A stretch of 64,000 bases of DNA from Podarcis muralis (Eukaryota): contig NC_135670.1 in the NCBI RefSeq assembly GCF_964188315.1, positions 29,388,001 to 29,452,000 of the forward strand, read 5' to 3'. The notes beneath the pieces were generated by a model, which was given only the letters and a program-made list of their open reading frames with translations, ran no database searches and had not been told where the DNA came from. Shown piece by piece: positions 1 through 10,844 of this stretch. Position numbers and translations under genes: made by a program. How positions within the stretch are numbered: position 1 is the stretch's first letter; the number at the start of each line of letters is the position of its first letter.

Positions 1-186
1 GTGGTTTACAACACATTAAAATATCAAATAAAACAATCCAGAATAAAACCAATTCTAGCTTCAAGTAAAATATTTCAGATCCTTCTACAACTGGCATTCT
101 GCTTTCCCCATATTTATTTACCTACTTAATTTATACAGCTGACCCAAAGCAGAAGTACTCTAGGAAGCCAGTGTAGGACCTGAGAG

Positions 187-676
187 TTGTTGTTTAGTTG
201 TTTAGTCGTCTCCGACTCTTCGTGACCCCCTGGACCAGAGCACGCCAGGCACTCCTGTCTTTCACTGCCTCCCGCAGTTTGGTCAAACTCATGCTGGTAG
301 CTTCGAGAACACTGTCCAACCATCTCTTCCTCTGTCGTCCCCTTTTCCTTATGCCCTCACTCTTTCCAAACACCAGGGTCTTTTCCAGGGAGTCTTCTCT
401 TCTCATGAGGTGGCCAAAGTATTGGAGCCTCAGCTTCAAGATCTGTCCTTCCAGTGAGCACTCAGGGCTGATTTCCTTCAGAATGGAGAGGTTTGTTCTT
501 CTTGCAGTCCATGGGACTCTCCTCCAGCACCATAATTCAAAATCATCAATTCTTTGGCGATCAGCCTTCTTTATGGTCCAGCTCTTAGTTCCATACATCA
601 CTACTGGGAAAACCACAGCTTTAACTATACAGACCTTTGTTGGCAAGGTGATGTCTCTGCTTTTTAAGATGCTGTC
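187..676 (-). mobile_element. RTE/BovB LINE 3' fragment inserted into an older MIR-like SINE
   Basis: ORF 194..646 resembles the BovB RT C-terminus (VFPVVMYG, ELWCWRR, LRLQYFGHLMRR); (CAA)-type tail; 13-bp TSD TAGGACCTGAGAG at 174-186 and 677-689. Confidence 0.9.
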
Positions 677-1060
677 TAGGACCTGAGAGATCAGGGTTCA
701 AATCCCCACTCAGTCATGAAGCTAACTGCGTGACCTTGGCCAAGTCCAACCTTCTTAACCTACCTCACAGGGTCATTGTAGATATTAACTGAGATGGTGG
801 GGTGGTCTGTGAACCATGGACTCCTTGGAGAAAAAGGGCAGGATATGAATGCAATAAATGAGCTCTTCTGCTTACCTGCTACAGGGGCCAGCCAGATGGA
901 GATGTCAGTTGCCAGAGATCTCCACATGGTCACAATTGGACCCGTGCCAATAGCAAACGAGCCTGGCTAATTTCTTACACTGGACTGAGGGCACTGTCTA
1001 GGCCTGGCAAACCCTATCCATAGCACCCTCAGTTCCATGACAGAAGAAAGCAGATAGATA

Positions 1061-1500
1061 CCGTATTTTTCGCTCTATAAGATGCACTTTCCCCCCTCCA
1101 AAAATTAAGGGGAAATGTGTGTCGCTCTTATGGAGCAAATGCAGGCTCCATGGCTTCAGCGACAGCAACGCAAAGCCTCTGGAGTGCAGCGGGAGCTCCC
1201 ACTGCGCTCCGGAGGCTTCGCGTTGCTTTCGCTGAAGCCTGGAGAGCGAGAGGGGTCGGTGCGCACCGATCCCTCTTGCTCTCCTGGCTTCGCTTTGCTG
1301 GAGAGGAGCTGCACAGCTTTCCCTCTCTGCGCAGCGCCCCTTCAGCGAAGCGGGAGGAGAAATGGAAGGGGCTCCGTTTCTCCTGCCGCTTCGCTTAAGG
1401 GGTGCTGTGCAGAGAGGGAAAGAATTTTTTTTCTTGTTCTCCCCCTCTAAAACTAGGTGCATCTTATGGTCGGGTGCGTCCTATAGAGCGAAAAATACGG
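1061..1500. mobile_element. TcMar Tc2-like MITE
   Basis: TIR CCGTATTTTT(T)CGCTCTATA, TA TSD. Confidence 0.88.
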
Positions 1501-2450
1501 TAAGTGTAGTACATAAGTACACCTTGACACTTTGAAAGCATTCTCATCAAAAGTCACACTAATTTTCTTTAAGGCATCCTCTCCCCGCCCCCCAGGGATA
1601 GACGATATCAAGAACACAGACTGCATCTGATACGTTAAAAACTTAATCATTTTCCTTTCACTTGCTAAAACATCTGTGTTCACCTATCCTCTTCGGAACT
1701 GGTACCTTTTTTTCGCACTTTGCAAACCATGAAAACTTGCCACTTTTTGAAGGCCCAACACAAGATATTACTCAGACACCAAAGAGGACCATGGCATAAA
1801 CCAATGCCTCTGAGCATTTTCAGTCGGAATTCTTAGCGTGGTTAATAGTGCTCTTCAATATCAGCGACTTTGCCGGAGTCTTTTTTCGAAATCCACAAGT
1901 AACAGACCTCTAAAGCAGGCTTAACTCAAAAAGGGCAGCCCTGCTGGATCAGACTAAAGGTCTAATCTGGCATTCTGCTTCCTACAGTGTCTGAATAGAT
2001 CATAAATGTGAGCTTCCCAGAGGCCAGCAGGGCATGAAAGTCCTAGCCGAGGGATGCCAACCCCTGCATTCTTCCAGGGAGGTCTTTGCCACATGACCCA
2101 ACCTTTTCATTGCTGTGTATGTGTGTTTCAGAGTGGGGCCGGATCAGCCTTTACAACAAATTTCTAAAGGAGCTCTCAACTGCAGCATTATATATGAAAT
2201 CACACAGAGATGCAACGTTAGAGCATGAAACCTCTTCCACAAAGCATGGGGCTTCCGGTTAAGTAAGCTTGCTTCATAGACCAACTATTCTAGGCTATTG
2301 ACAAAGAGTGATTTGAAAAGGGTAAGACAATGAATGCTGCTCAGTGTTAAATAGTAGAACGGGCAGTGACAGAACTATGTACCCATCCAGAATAAATTGA
2401 GGACATATGCACCCTGGGAATTCCTTCCAACCTGCTCTAGCAGGGCTCTA

Positions 2451-2795
2451 GGTAAAGGGACCCCGACCATTAGGTCCAGTCGTGGATGACTCTGGGGTTG
2501 CGGTGCTCATCTCGCTTTATTGGCCGAGGGAGCCGGCGTACAGCTTCCGGGTCATGTGGCCAGCATGACTAAGCCACTTTTGGCGAACCAGAGCAGCGCA
2601 CGGAAACACCGTTTACCTTCCCGCCAGAGTGGTACCTATTTATCTACTTGCACTGGCGTGCTTTCGAACTGCTAGGTGGGCAGGAGCTGGGACCGAACAA
2701 CGGGAGCTCACCCCGTTGTGGGCATTCGAACCGCCGACCTTCTGATCAGCAAGCCCTAGGCTCTGTGGTTTAACCCACAGCGCCACCCGCATCCC
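2451..2795 (-). mobile_element. Sauria SINE
   Basis: Full length; TSD TAGCAGGGCTCTA. Confidence 0.92.
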
Positions 2796-3946
2796 TAGCA
2801 GGGCTCTAAAGCACCCCTAAACAACAGCAAGCTATCCTAACATTAAACCACCCTAAACACCAAAAGAAGTCGCACCAGCCTGTCTCCGCAGACCATCAGG
2901 TAAGGGGATATTTCTGAGACAAGGTAAATGATACAGTATCCAGCTGAACTTCTGCAGCATGTGGTAGGTGGGGTAGATTACTTCGCCCCTTTTTCCTCAA
3001 AACACACAGACATCCAATTTCCTGTCCTTCCAGATTAAAGCTCAACTCTCTGATGCCCTTGTCTCCCGTGCTGAATAAATGGACAGAGCAATGGTGACCC
3101 ACTTTAGATGTTATTTAATCCAAGAAGACACCCCCCCCGAAAAAATCACTTATTTTTATTGATGCTGTATGCAAAGAACAAAGTTTAAAGCTGCAATCCT
3201 AACCCCACTTACCTGGGAAGTAAGACCTGATGAATTCAACAGAATTTACTTCTGAGTAGACATGGTCAGGACTGTGCTGTAAGCACTGCAGAAGCTCAGA
3301 AATCTGGGTGATGCACACCTGGTAAGGGGCTTTTAAAAAGTTATGCTCCGTGTCCTCAGACTATGCGCTTTCTTGTGTTCTGTGCATGGGGTAAATAATA
3401 TTTAAATTGGGCCTGGTCTGATGCAATAAGGAGGTTTGCTATGCAACCCAATCAGCCTGTCTGGACCAGTGGAACCATTTATTCACATCCTATAATCTAA
3501 TTCTCTCTGAATGACAAAGCAACGAGCCTTGGGAACCTCTCTGGTCAAACTCCACCCCAAGAGGAACAACAGCATTTTAAAAACTGTAGATCCTTTCTTT
3601 AGCCTGATACACATTCCCACTGTCTTCACCATACAATCAGGCGGTTACATATCAGAGCAAAGGTGGGGAACTGCATGTGACCCAGAGTCCAAATCATTAT
3701 CTCCCTTATCACCTCCCCGCTTGCCCCAGGCCACATTTGACAGGAAGATGGGGCTGCCCCACCTGTTAATCACCAGACATCACAGTGGAAAGTGTCAAGG
3801 ATCAACTGATGGTCTCCGGTCCTGTGAACTTAGTACTGTGAACAGCATTCTGCAAGTGCCAAGGATCAGCTGATTGCTGGAGCTTGCCAAGTCAGGTCAC
3901 TGTCACACAGCCATTTGGGAATATAAGCAACATATACATACATACA

Positions 3947-4298
3947 GGGACGCGGGTGGCGCTGTGGGTTAAACCACAGAGCCTAGGGCTTGCTGATCAG
4001 AAGGTTGGCGGTTCGAATCCCCGCAATGGGGTGAGCTCCCGTTGCTCGGTCCCTGCTCCTGCCAACTTAGCAGTTCAAAAGCACGGCAAAAGTGCAAGTA
4101 GATAAATAGGTACCACTCCGGCGGGAAGGTAAACGGAGTTTCCATGCACTGCTAAGGTTCGCCAGAAGCGGCTTAGTCATGCTGGCCACATGACCCGGAA
4201 GCTGTACACCGGCTCCCTCGGCCACTAAAGCAAGATGAGCGCCGCAACCCCAGAGTCGGCAACGACTGGACCTAATGGTCAGGGGTCCCTTTACCTTT
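3947..4298 (+). mobile_element. Sauria SINE followed by (TACA)n
   Basis: gggacgcgggtggcgctg head, B-box ggttcgaatccc, acctttt tail. Confidence 0.92.
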
Positions 4299-4857
4299 AT
4301 ACATACATACATACATACATACATACATACATACATACATAATGGCCAACTGATCATCAGGGTTTGTAAAGCCAAGGGCACAGTGCTTTGCAGTACCTGC
4401 AAACCCTGTTTCTGCTCAGCCACATCTTTACCTGCAACACACCTGATCAGGTATATGGGAGGTAGGTATGATCAAGGCTCAAACAACATGACCCCACTCC
4501 ACCCCCCACAGGCCCTGTTTCCCACTGCTGTCATGGGGTATGATTATACTGCAGCAGTATGCTATTAACACCTACTTAAAGTAGCACAGAAAAGCTCTTT
4601 CCTTGCCCTGCTCCTTTCGCAAACTGTCAGATTAAGGGCTTGCAGTTGACATCTTGTAAAACTTACTTAGCTTAATGCAAAGAGCTCTATGGGGTTGCTT
4701 TGCTTTCCAAGCTGCACAAGTGCAGTAAAGACTTGCGCCAGCAGTTGTTTAGAGCTATCTTAGCCCAAAATGGCAACTAGACATCCCGTTTTGGCAACTG
4801 TAACCTTGGTTTAAGGAGCCATTTGGCACCTACCTTTGTATTTTATATATGTATATA

Positions 4858-4899
<42 letters not shown>

Positions 4900-4901
4900 C
4901 A

Positions 4902-5251
4902 GGGACACGGGTGCCGCTGTGGGTTAAACCACAGAGCCTAGGGCTTGCCGATCAGAAGGTCGGTGGTTCAAATCCCCATGACAGGGTGAGCTCCCGTTGC
5001 TCGGTCCCTGCTCCTGCCAACCTAGCAGTTCGAAAGCACATCAAAGTGCAAGTAGATAAATAGTTACCACTCCGGCGGGAAGGTAAACGGCATTTCTGTG
5101 CACTGCTCTGGTTCGCCAGAAGCGGCTTAGTCATGCTGACCACATGACCCGGAAGATATAAGCCAGCTCCCTCGGCCAATAAAGCGAGGTGAGTGCCGCA
5201 ACCCCAGAGTCGTTCACGACTGGACCTAATGGTGGGGGTCCCTTTACCTTT
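4902..5251 (+). mobile_element. Sauria SINE preceded by (TATATG)n
   Basis: Full-length consensus match to the other copies. Confidence 0.92.
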
Positions 5252-5639
5252 ATATGTATACGTATATATTAGTTTCCAACACTGCATATGCTCAGAATCT
5301 TTCAGAGATTGCCCTGTGTGTCCCAAAGTATGGTCTGATCTCAGAGCACAGCCAGAAGGCATGAAGGGCCACTACTTTTCTAAAGCTAAGCCACCCTGGG
5401 TTCCATGATGGAAGTAAGATGGAAAGTAAATGCAAGGAAATAAAATAGGTAAAAATCTTACTCAGAGAAAGTCACGTTCACTGAACTGCACCCTGGAAAC
5501 CCCTATCTGTTTCACACGAAGTGCGTGGGGTATGCCCAATGGATACCTCAGTAATAAAGAGAAGGGGCCACCACTCTGCAGATGCTCAGAGACCCTTCGG
5601 AGACAGATTGACAACCTGATTGAATGCAAAGCAGGGTCC

Positions 5640-6530
5640 TAGGTGTGTGCTGTGGAACACCCGTCAACTGCATCGGGGCTTCCTCAGCAATGAAGAAAGG
5701 AGTGACTCTACACATGCCCAGAGATCCCTCGGCTTCTCCGGAGCCCAACTGAGGATTCTGCACATGCTCTGAGTTCTTTAGGAGGAGAGGAGGTGTGTTT
5801 GTATGTGAAACCCCACACATGCCCAGATATCCCTTGACTTCTCCGGAGCCCAACCGTGGAGGGCTGCACATGCCCCGGGCCAACCCTACTCCTTTATGGG
5901 AGAACAGGTGTGTGTATGTGTGAAACTGCACATGCTCAGAGATCCCTCGAGCTGCACGTGCTCTGAGCCAACCCTACTCCTTTAGGGGGAGAACAGGTGT
6001 GGGTGGGTGTGAAACTCTGCACGTGCTCAGAGATTTCTCAGCTTCTCTGGAGCCCTAGCGTGAAGGGCTGCACATGCTCCAAGCCATCCCTAATTACGGT
6101 ATTTAGGAGGAGAACAGGTGTGTGGGTGTGGAACTCTGCACATGCTCAGAGCTCCCTTGAGCTGCACATGCTCCAAGCCAACCCTAATTCTTTAGGAGGA
6201 GAACAGGTGTGTGTGAGATTGAGAAACTCTGCGCATGCTCAGAGATGCCTTGAGTTGCACATGCTCCGAATCAACCCTAATTCTTTAGGAAAACAGGTGT
6301 GTGGGTGTGGAACTCTGCACATGCTCAGAGCTCCCTTGAGCTGCACATGCTCCTACCCCTTTAGCAGGAGAACAGGTGTGCGCGGAACTCTGCACATGCT
6401 CAGCCCTCCCCCTGCTTCTCCGGGGCCTGCCCGAGAGGCGGGGCACATGCACAGAATCCGGGAGCACGCCCCCAGCGCCTTGGGCGTGGGGTGGGGTGCG
6501 TGGGTCGGCTCTCTGCACATGCTCTCGCAC
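5640..6530. repeat. Minisatellite (79-121 bp units) at the start of HIRA intron 1
   Basis: Recurring unit ggagaacaggtgtgtgggtgtggaactctgcacatgctcagagctcccttgagctgcacatgctccaagccaaccctaattctttag; AACAGGTG recurs near 5903, 5992, 6113, 6202, 6292, 6371. Confidence 0.9.
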
Positions 6531-7210
6531 ACCTTGCCCGAGAAGCCCCCGTCCCCCTCTGGCTCACCGCTGTGGTTGACCCAGGTCGGCTTCAGGAGCT
6601 TCATTTTCCTCCTCCTCCTCTTCTTCCTCCTCCTCCTCCTCCGCCTCCTCCCGCCGCTCGGGTGCCTGGGCCTCCGTGTTGAGGGCGGCTGCAGGTCGGG
6701 GCAGGCTCCGCGAGGCTGGCGAGGGAGCTGCGGGTGCTGGGGGCGGCGGAAGGCAGGCGAGGGCTGGGGAGTCGCTGCCGCCGCCGCCGCTGGCCTCACA
6801 GCCGGCGCCCCGCCGCCATGGGCTGCCACCCTCCTCCTGCGCTCGCCCCGCTCCCACCACCGGCCGCCGCCTCCTCCGCCGCCGCCGCCTCCTCACGGGA
6901 GCTCCATCCCGGCCGCCCGTCCCGCCAGCCGCCCCTTCTGCCTCCGCCCGGCAGCATCCCCCGCTCCCGGCGGCTCCCCGGCAACGCCGGAAGTCAGCGG
7001 AGGGCGACGACCTAAGCGGCCCGGCGGGAAACAAGAGGCGACGCCCAGGGAGGAGGCCGGGGCCCGGGGAGGGAAAGGGCGGCTGGGCTCGCTCGCTCGC
7101 TCGTGGGGACGGGGCGGTATCCAGCGTGGGGAAGAGGAGGAAGGGGAGAGCAGCTGCAGCCAGCTAGCTCCCTGGGCTCCCCTTTCCTGAGAGCGGGGTG
7201 GGCTGCTGGG
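6370..7210. promoter_or_regulatory. HIRA CpG island / promoter and 5' UTR
   Basis: Very GC- and CpG-rich; ETS motif CCGGAAGT near 6987; GCC and GAG repeats upstream of the ATG. Confidence 0.85.
6568..6604 (-). CDS. HIRA: HIRA (histone H3.3 chaperone) coding exon 1; remaining exons lie left of the window
   Basis: ATG at 6604 gives MKLLKPTWVNHS+G, matching the HIRA N-terminus (human MKLLKPTWVNHNG), followed by phase-1 donor GTGAGC. Exon 2 (GKPIFSVDIHP...) was not found in 1-6567. Confidence 0.95.
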
Positions 7211-7416
7211 GGGCAACCAGGGGTCCCTCCTGTGCTGTGTAGGATACAGGATTGTCCCTTATTCCAATTGGAAAATGCTGTTTATTTATTTATTTATTTA
7301 TTTATTTCTCTCTTTCTCTCTGTCAAGTCGTGGGTCTTCGCCGCGTGTCTGGAAGGGTGTGTGAAAGGTCCAGAGGTTGCATCATTATCATCATCATCAT
7401 TATTATTATTACAGAT

Positions 7417-7642
7417 AGGTAGCCGTGTTGGTCTGCCATAGTCAAAACAAAAAAAATTCCTTCCAGTAGCACCTTAAAGACCAACTAAGTTAGTTCTTGG
7501 TATGAGCTTTCGTGTGCATGCACACTTCTTCAGATACACATGGTATGAGTGTATCTGAAGAAGTGTGCATGCACACGAAAGCTCATACCAAGAACTAACT
7601 TAGTTGGTCTTTAAGGTGCTACTGGAAGGATTTTTTTTTTGT
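7417..7642. mobile_element. Penelope-like retroelement remnant with inverted pLTR pair (82-bp perfect arms)
   Basis: 7458-7539 is the exact reverse complement of 7549-7630 with a 9-nt spacer; the sequence gtatctgaagaagtgtgcatgcacacgaaagctcatacc resembles squamate Penelope termini as recalled. Confidence 0.75.
7551..7588 (+). ncRNA. Minimal type I hammerhead ribozyme motif (Penelope-associated); mirror copy on - strand at 7500-7537
   Basis: GUAU-CUGAAGA-A-GUGUG(CAUG)CACAC-GAA-AGCU-C-AUAC: catalytic core, stem I GUAU/AUAC, palindromic stems II and III, predicted cleavage after C7584. Activity untested. Confidence 0.6.
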
Positions 7643-8028
7643 TATTATTATTATTATTAAAGGTTCAGCCGTGATCGACTCTGGGGTTGCGGCGCCCATC
7701 TCACTTTATTTTTTCCCCTTAAAATTTTTCCCTTAAGGTTTTTTTCCCTTAAAATTTTTGGGGGCCCCCAAGAGAGTGGGGCCCTAAGCTATAGCTTGTT
7801 TAGCTTATACGTAAATCCGGCACTGGCTGGAGTGCAGTTAGGGGTCCCTCCTGTGCTGTATGATACAGGATTGTCCCTTACTCCAATTGGGAAATGCTGT
7901 CTCCTATTTATTTATTTCCCTCTCTTTCTTTCTCTCTGTCAAGTCGTGAGTCCTCTCCGCGTGTCTGGAAGGGTGTGTGAAAGGTCCGGAGATTGCATTA
8001 TTATTATCAGTTTACAACGGGGCAGAAG

Positions 8029-8453
8029 CAGAGCCGGATTTAGGTTTGATGAGGCCCTAAGCTACTGAAGGGAATGGGGCCCTTTATATGTCCAGCTGTC
8101 CTTTGCCAGCAACAAATTGTCACTGTTTTCTGCATTGAATATATTCTATATGGTAATTTACAGACCTAATAGGTATCTAAAGCTATTTGCACATGCGGAA
8201 TGTAGGCACCCTATATATAGAAATGAGCAAACCAGTGATATTTTAGGGAGCAGGCTAGCAGGCGAGGCCCATTACTTACATCACAGGACAACACAAAACA
8301 CTGTTGCTGTATAAAGGTTTTATTTTATTTGTTTTTTATCTTATATTTTGGAAATGTACATCAAGGTTTTTTTCCCTTAAATTTTTTTTGCGCCCCAAAG
8401 GGAGTGGGGCCCTAAGCTATAGCTTGTTTAGCTTATATGTAAATCTGGCACTG
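8029..8453 (+). mobile_element. Non-autonomous DNA transposon (hAT-like ends); extra right end at about 7710-7825
   Basis: Left end cagagccggattta, right end taaatctggcactg; no intact TSD. Confidence 0.65.
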
Positions 8454-10486
8454 GCTGGGGTGCAACTAGGGGTCCCTCCTGTGCTGTATGATACAGGATT
8501 GTGCCTTATTCCAATTGGAAAATGTTGTCTCCTGTTTCTTTCTCTGTCCCTCTTTCTTTCTCTGCCAAGTTGCAGGTCCTCTCCGCGTGTTTGGAAGGGT
8601 GTGTGAAAAGTCCAGAGGTTGGGAGGTTGGATAGTTACAATAGAATCGTCTCGGTAGTGGGGTGCACATTTTTATTCTTATTTATTTATGATTATTACTT
8701 TGTCAAAAGAAAACAAGGAGGAGGAGGAAAGAAAGGTTAGTTAAGTTCTGGGTAGCCAAGCACAGACAGATTGGCAATTTTTCTCACACATGTGTGTGTG
8801 ACAAATTCCAGAAGGGTCAGGCTGCAACCGATTGGATTGGATTGCTTTGAATGGATCAGGACCAGATAAAATAAATAAATGACATGACACACACCCCTCC
8901 AACTGCCCCACCCTAGCAGTTGTTCCTGAAATGGTTCATTTGGATATTGCCATTGTTGCCAGGGCTGCCAACACCCATAGGTCCCTGCCAGCAGGGGAAA
9001 CAGTCAGGTGGGAGAGGAGTTGGAGTCTGACACAAATCCCGATGGTGGGAGCTGGGAGTCCAACACAAATCCTCCCTCCTGGGGTATGAAGATGCTTCAA
9101 GCCCTGCCATATTGGGAAACCTGTGGTCCTCCAGAGGTTGCAGGAGGACACACCCCACACCCAGCTCTCTCATCATCTCCAACTATTGGGCTTGCTATCT
9201 GGGACCGAGTGCATTGGGAGTCCAACAACATCTAGAAGGCCACAGGTGTATGAAGTTGCTTCAAGACCCACCTGCAGCCCTCTAAATGCTGCAGGAACCT
9301 CAGCATTGGGAGATGGGAGCCCAGCAACATCCTGGATATAGCAGGTGTTGAAATGCCTTCATATATCAGGTGTGCAAGGCTACAGCTTCCATCATCCCTG
9401 GCTGTTGATTATGCTGGCTGGGGCTGGTGGAAGTTGGAGTCCAAGAGTGACTGAAGAGCACCACAGGCTCTCGATCTCTGCTGTATACGTACTGTTGACT
9501 TCCTCACAATCCCAGTCGGTATTATTCCCCATAGTCTAGATGGAGGCTTTAGTCTGAGAGAGGACAGGGAGACAGCACACACACACACCCCACCTGAAAC
9601 AAATAATAAATAAACCTTTTGTCATTTTTTTCTCCTCTATAATTCTATGATTTTATGAAGGGCTTGACTAATTATTGACTTGTACAATTTTGTGCATGTT
9701 TACTTAGAAGTAAGTTGTTTTAATTTCAATTAAATTTAACCACAACTGAGACCAAGAGTGTGCAGGTAGCTCTGCATTAACTCTGTTTTAATCATCTTAA
9801 AAACTGTCTAATAAAGTCTTTGAATCCCATATATCCCAAATCATAATCTATAGAATTACATAAACTTTATTAAGTATATACTTTACAACATTTCATAAAG
9901 TATCTAACACCTTTTGAAGAATACGCTGCTGTGTAAAAAAATATAATAAAGGATTCCCAGTTCTGTATATGTTTCTGCTTCTGTTGACCTTCTTAAACTT
10001 GATCATTGCAACATATCATTGCAACTTTTATTCCCATTCAACCATTGTCAAAATGTAATATTGTTTCCAATATTTGCATAACAAAGCTTGATGCCAACAT
10101 TCATATAGATTGTCATATACACAAATGATGTTGGTTGATTAGCAGGTGGAAATGATTTGGGAGAAATGGCATCACAGGCCAAATTGGAGACTCTAGCTAG
10201 CCAAGATTAGCCTGCAGGCCAAAGATTCCCAACCCCCATATACAACATTAACTCTCAGAAATGTTCAGGTATGGTTGTTTTTTTTTTAAAAAAATAAGCA
10301 ATAATAAAATAAAATTGGTTTTCTCTTTGTACTTGCATTTCCATTTCCATTACCTCTTATGGTATCCAACATTTATTTGCCTTGCTGCATTTCCACCATA
10401 AATAAAATTAAAAAAAACTTTCAGTATTAGATTCACATTTTTTGCATCTCTGGTCTAAATTTATAGCACCTGCTATGCTATAACAA

Positions 10487-10844
10487 GGGACGCGGGTGGC
10501 GCTGTGGGTTAAAGCCTCAGCGCCTAGGACTTGCCGATCGAAAGGTCGGCGGTTCGAATCCCCGTGGCGGGGTGCGCTCCCGTCATTCGGTCACAGCGCC
10601 TGCCAACCTAGCAGTTTGAAAGCACCCCCGGGTGCAAGTAGATAAATAGGGACCGCTTACTAGCGGGAAGGTAAACGGCGTTCCGTGTGCTGCGCTGGCT
10701 CGCCAGATGCAGCTTGTCACGCTGGCCACGTGACCTGGAAGTGTCTGCGGACAGCGCTGGCCCCCGGCCTATAGAGTGAGATGGGCGCACAACCCTAGAG
10801 TCTGTCAAGACTGGCCCGTACGGGCAGGGGTACCTTTACCTTTA
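10487..10844 (+). mobile_element. Sauria SINE, subfamily B
   Basis: TSD CTATGCTATAACAA; diagnostic ctggcccgtacgggcaggggtacc end. Confidence 0.92.

Larger units (their letters stand above)
7205..8625 (+). repeat. Locally triplicated segment of about 170-200 bp (about 7205-7400, 7826-8008, 8454-8625)
   Basis: Three diverged copies of gggtccctcctgtgctgt...gatacaggattgt...ccaattgg...ccgcgtgtctggaagggtgtgtgaaaggtcc. Confidence 0.9.

Noticed and set aside
198-686. + strand ORFs here and at 46476-46907
   Set aside because: Antisense shadows of BovB fragments
1501-1920. Mildly CpG-enriched unique stretch with a DSGKV peptide reminiscent of HIRA exon 3
   Set aside because: Flanking residues do not match HIRA, stops follow and no splice sites fit; no snRNA match recognised
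3884-5408. Recurring 70-130 aa ORFs such as ...[21 protein letters not shown]...
   Set aside because: Translations of Sauria SINE copies, repeated at every insertion
5640-6530. Repeat array as CRISPR-like or prokaryotic contamination
   Set aside because: No constant repeat with unique spacers, no cas genes, and seamless continuity with a vertebrate intron
5997-7190. 397-aa + strand ORF and other long ORFs over the HIRA island
   Set aside because: Product of the minisatellite and very high GC (few stops); low-complexity translation, antisense to HIRA, no recognisable domain
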